NCBI GenBank assembly: GCA_048128005.1
Contig: JBEUKZ010000031.1
Location: forward strand, 248,001-312,000
Direction: 5' to 3'
Length of the DNA stretch: 64,000 nt
Source of the DNA: Veleropilina oligotropha
Taxonomy: Eukaryota
Shown here: in pieces, positions 60,751 through 64,000 of the stretch
Layout of the letters: every line of letters begins with the position of its first letter
Numbering within the stretch: position 1 is the first letter of the stretch
Position numbers and translations under genes: made by a program
Notes under the pieces: generated by a model
The model's database searches: none
What the model was told of the DNA's origin: nothing
The model's input: the letters and a program-made list of their open reading frames with translations, nothing else

Positions 60751-62328
60751 CATTTTACTGCTTGGAATAATATATAGGTATATTATGTGTGTTGGTCAGA
60801 TCGGAGTGAAACTTAATTACCGGGTGTCCTGACTGAGAACACTGAAAAATGTCAAAAGTTGTCGTACAATAAAGTTTCCAACATCATATATACTGGCTTG
60901 TACACCGTGATACTACACAATATCATGTAGGGGGTGGGGCTAGAGTATATATCGTATACCAGATTAGAGAGGTTCTGATATTACCAGGTTCAATCACAGT
61001 CGCTTGATGATAAGTTACAAGTTAAACAAATATTTTCGAAATCGCCAGGAAAATGCACAACATATTGATTGCTATATAACATAGAGATATATTGCAATCA
61101 GTGTGTGGGGCATTTGCCTCGCGATTTCGATATTTTATTTTGTGACTTATCGTCGAGAGACTGTGGTTCAAGCCATAATGAGTTGTCGCCATCTCCAGTT
61201 GCCAGATTATGTGAGAAAACAATATTATTATATTTTACTAAAGTGAATGCAAAATCGATCAAATATATCATTATGTGGTGCGTGTGCTATATTACGTGTT
61301 TTTAATTCGACTGTCCCCGTCTCGAGTCTTGAAATTTTAGAAATCCACCAACTCTTCCAATTACAGCCTGCATAATCACTGTGAAAATATATTTTAATTC
61401 AAACTGCATAACATCGTCAAATCAGAGTCTTCAAGTTGCAACCAAATTATAAATGAAATCATTTCCCCGTCATGTTTTGAACATTTCCCGTGGTAGCGAA
61501 TGTACTTATATATATATTACTCGTCGAATGTTCGACAAACGTGTGAGCCTACACCGTCACGTACGTCATCTGAATCCTGTCACGTGATCTCGTTGCTATG
61601 GCTTTCTCAACAAACACATTCACTAAAAACGATTTGCGATTGGTTTATGTAATATTTGACACGGTCAGACGTGCCATATTTGGAAAGCAGAGTATACCAT
61701 CTTCCCATTGATACCCGATAATGTAGGGAGAGTTTCTAGACGGCCAAACTACATATTATCGAAAATGATGGTTGTTTAGTGAGAGTCTAGCCGTAAATAA
61801 AACAAAAGGATATTGGTGCACTCGCATAAAAGCTAAAATAATGCAATTTTTATTTAATTTGCACGAAAATCAAGTACACTGTGCAAATGTTTGACTATCA
61901 TTGACCAAGTTCTCAAAAAATACCAAAATAGCTCCGATAACATGACATCACTCGCTTTTCGCTGCTAACGTCATTTGGTCTCTTGCGACATGCGCCTCAT
62001 TTTGTCATGGAGGGTCACATTTAAACAATCATTATTTCTAGTTATTTTGCGTTATCACAACAGACAGCATAGCTAGCCAATTATCTCCCTTCGATTTCCA
62101 TTTCGCCCATTTAACAATTTAAACGTCACCAACAGGCATTTCCTACGTTCCATGTGATATAAATAATTTGTATTCATATTAATCGACGAGCCTAGCATTA
62201 TTACGAGCGATTCGAAGCAGATTCGATTAGGCATTACTGAATGTTCACGTGAATGGCACTTCGTATATTTTCGGAGAAATTACGAACTCACCCGATTTGT
62301 ATCATAACGCAAAGTATCATAAAGGCAA

Positions 62329-62930
62329 CACGTATAATGACATAAGCACCACGTATAATGATAAAAGCACCACGTATAATGACAAATGCACCACGTATAA
62401 TGACAAAAGCACCACGTATAATGACAAAAGCACCACGTATAATGGCACAAGCACCACGTATAATGACAAATGCACCACGTATAATGACAAATGCACCACG
62501 TATAATGACAAAAGCACCACGTATAATGACAAAAGCACCACGTATAATGGCAAAAGCACCACGTATAATGACAAATGCACCACGTATAATGACAAATGCA
62601 CCACGTATAATGATAAAAGCACCACGTATAATGACAAATGCACCACGTATAATGATAAAAGCACCACGTATAATGAGAAAAGCACCACGTATAATGGCAA
62701 ATGCACCACGTATAATGATAAAAGCACCACGTATAATGACAAATGCGCCACGTATAATGACAAATGCACCACGTATAATGACAAAGGCACCACGTATAAT
62801 GACAAATGCACCACGTATAATGACAAAGGCACCACGTATAATGACAAAAGCACCACGTATAATGTTAAAAGCACCACGTATAATGACAAAAGCACCACGT
62901 ATAATGAATTATGGACCACGCATAATGATA
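62329..62930. repeat. 21-bp satellite, about 28 copies, inverted relative to 57577-58325
   Basis: Unit acaaaagcaccacgtataatg. Confidence 0.97.
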
Positions 62931-62958
62931 AAACATGACATAAGACAGCTATGGCATT

Positions 62959-63797
<839 letters not shown>

Positions 63798-64000
63798 TAT
63801 ACTTATTTATCTGCATTTAAAAGTGGGCCGGACTGGTTTAAATATACCAATCAGTGGTCCACTTAAACTTTGACCATTGATAAATGTAACTGAAATAAGA
63901 AATAAATCACTGTACATCTCAATAAAGATATAGGAGAATGAATATTTTCGAATTAATATTCTTCGTCTTTGTTAACATCTTCAGAAATAAAAAATGTGGT

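Overview
AT-rich animal genomic DNA, probably from a marine invertebrate (inferred from the repeat landscape only). The backbone is a + strand CD36/scavenger-receptor class B gene most like LIMP-2/SCARB2. Twelve exons between 2985 and 43744 splice in frame to 457 aa plus stop; the first coding exon with the N-terminal TM lies upstream of the window. Its introns are packed with mobile DNA. Intron 5 holds a structurally complete DIRS1-type tyrosine-recombinase retrotransposon (13084-20561) inside a small DNA transposon. Intron 7 holds a four-level nest: a HIRAN-carrying pogo-like element, a HINE, a Ngaro-like YR retrotransposon and an intact DD34E Tc1. Two splice junctions of the host gene are themselves tandemly amplified (24 x 28 bp donor array; 4 x 74 bp terminal exon). 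Downstream lie a CR1 LINE nested in an older CR1, a disrupted PAN/Apple + C-type-lectin gene and a 6.2-kb foldback structure with about 1.4-kb satellite-containing inverted arms. Most notable inferences: the Ngaro-like element appears to make its recombinase as a spliced Gag-N-terminus/YR fusion, and six hairpins of unrelated sequence share a CTCG/CTCG internal-loop motif. All calls come from reading the sequence by eye; no searches were run.
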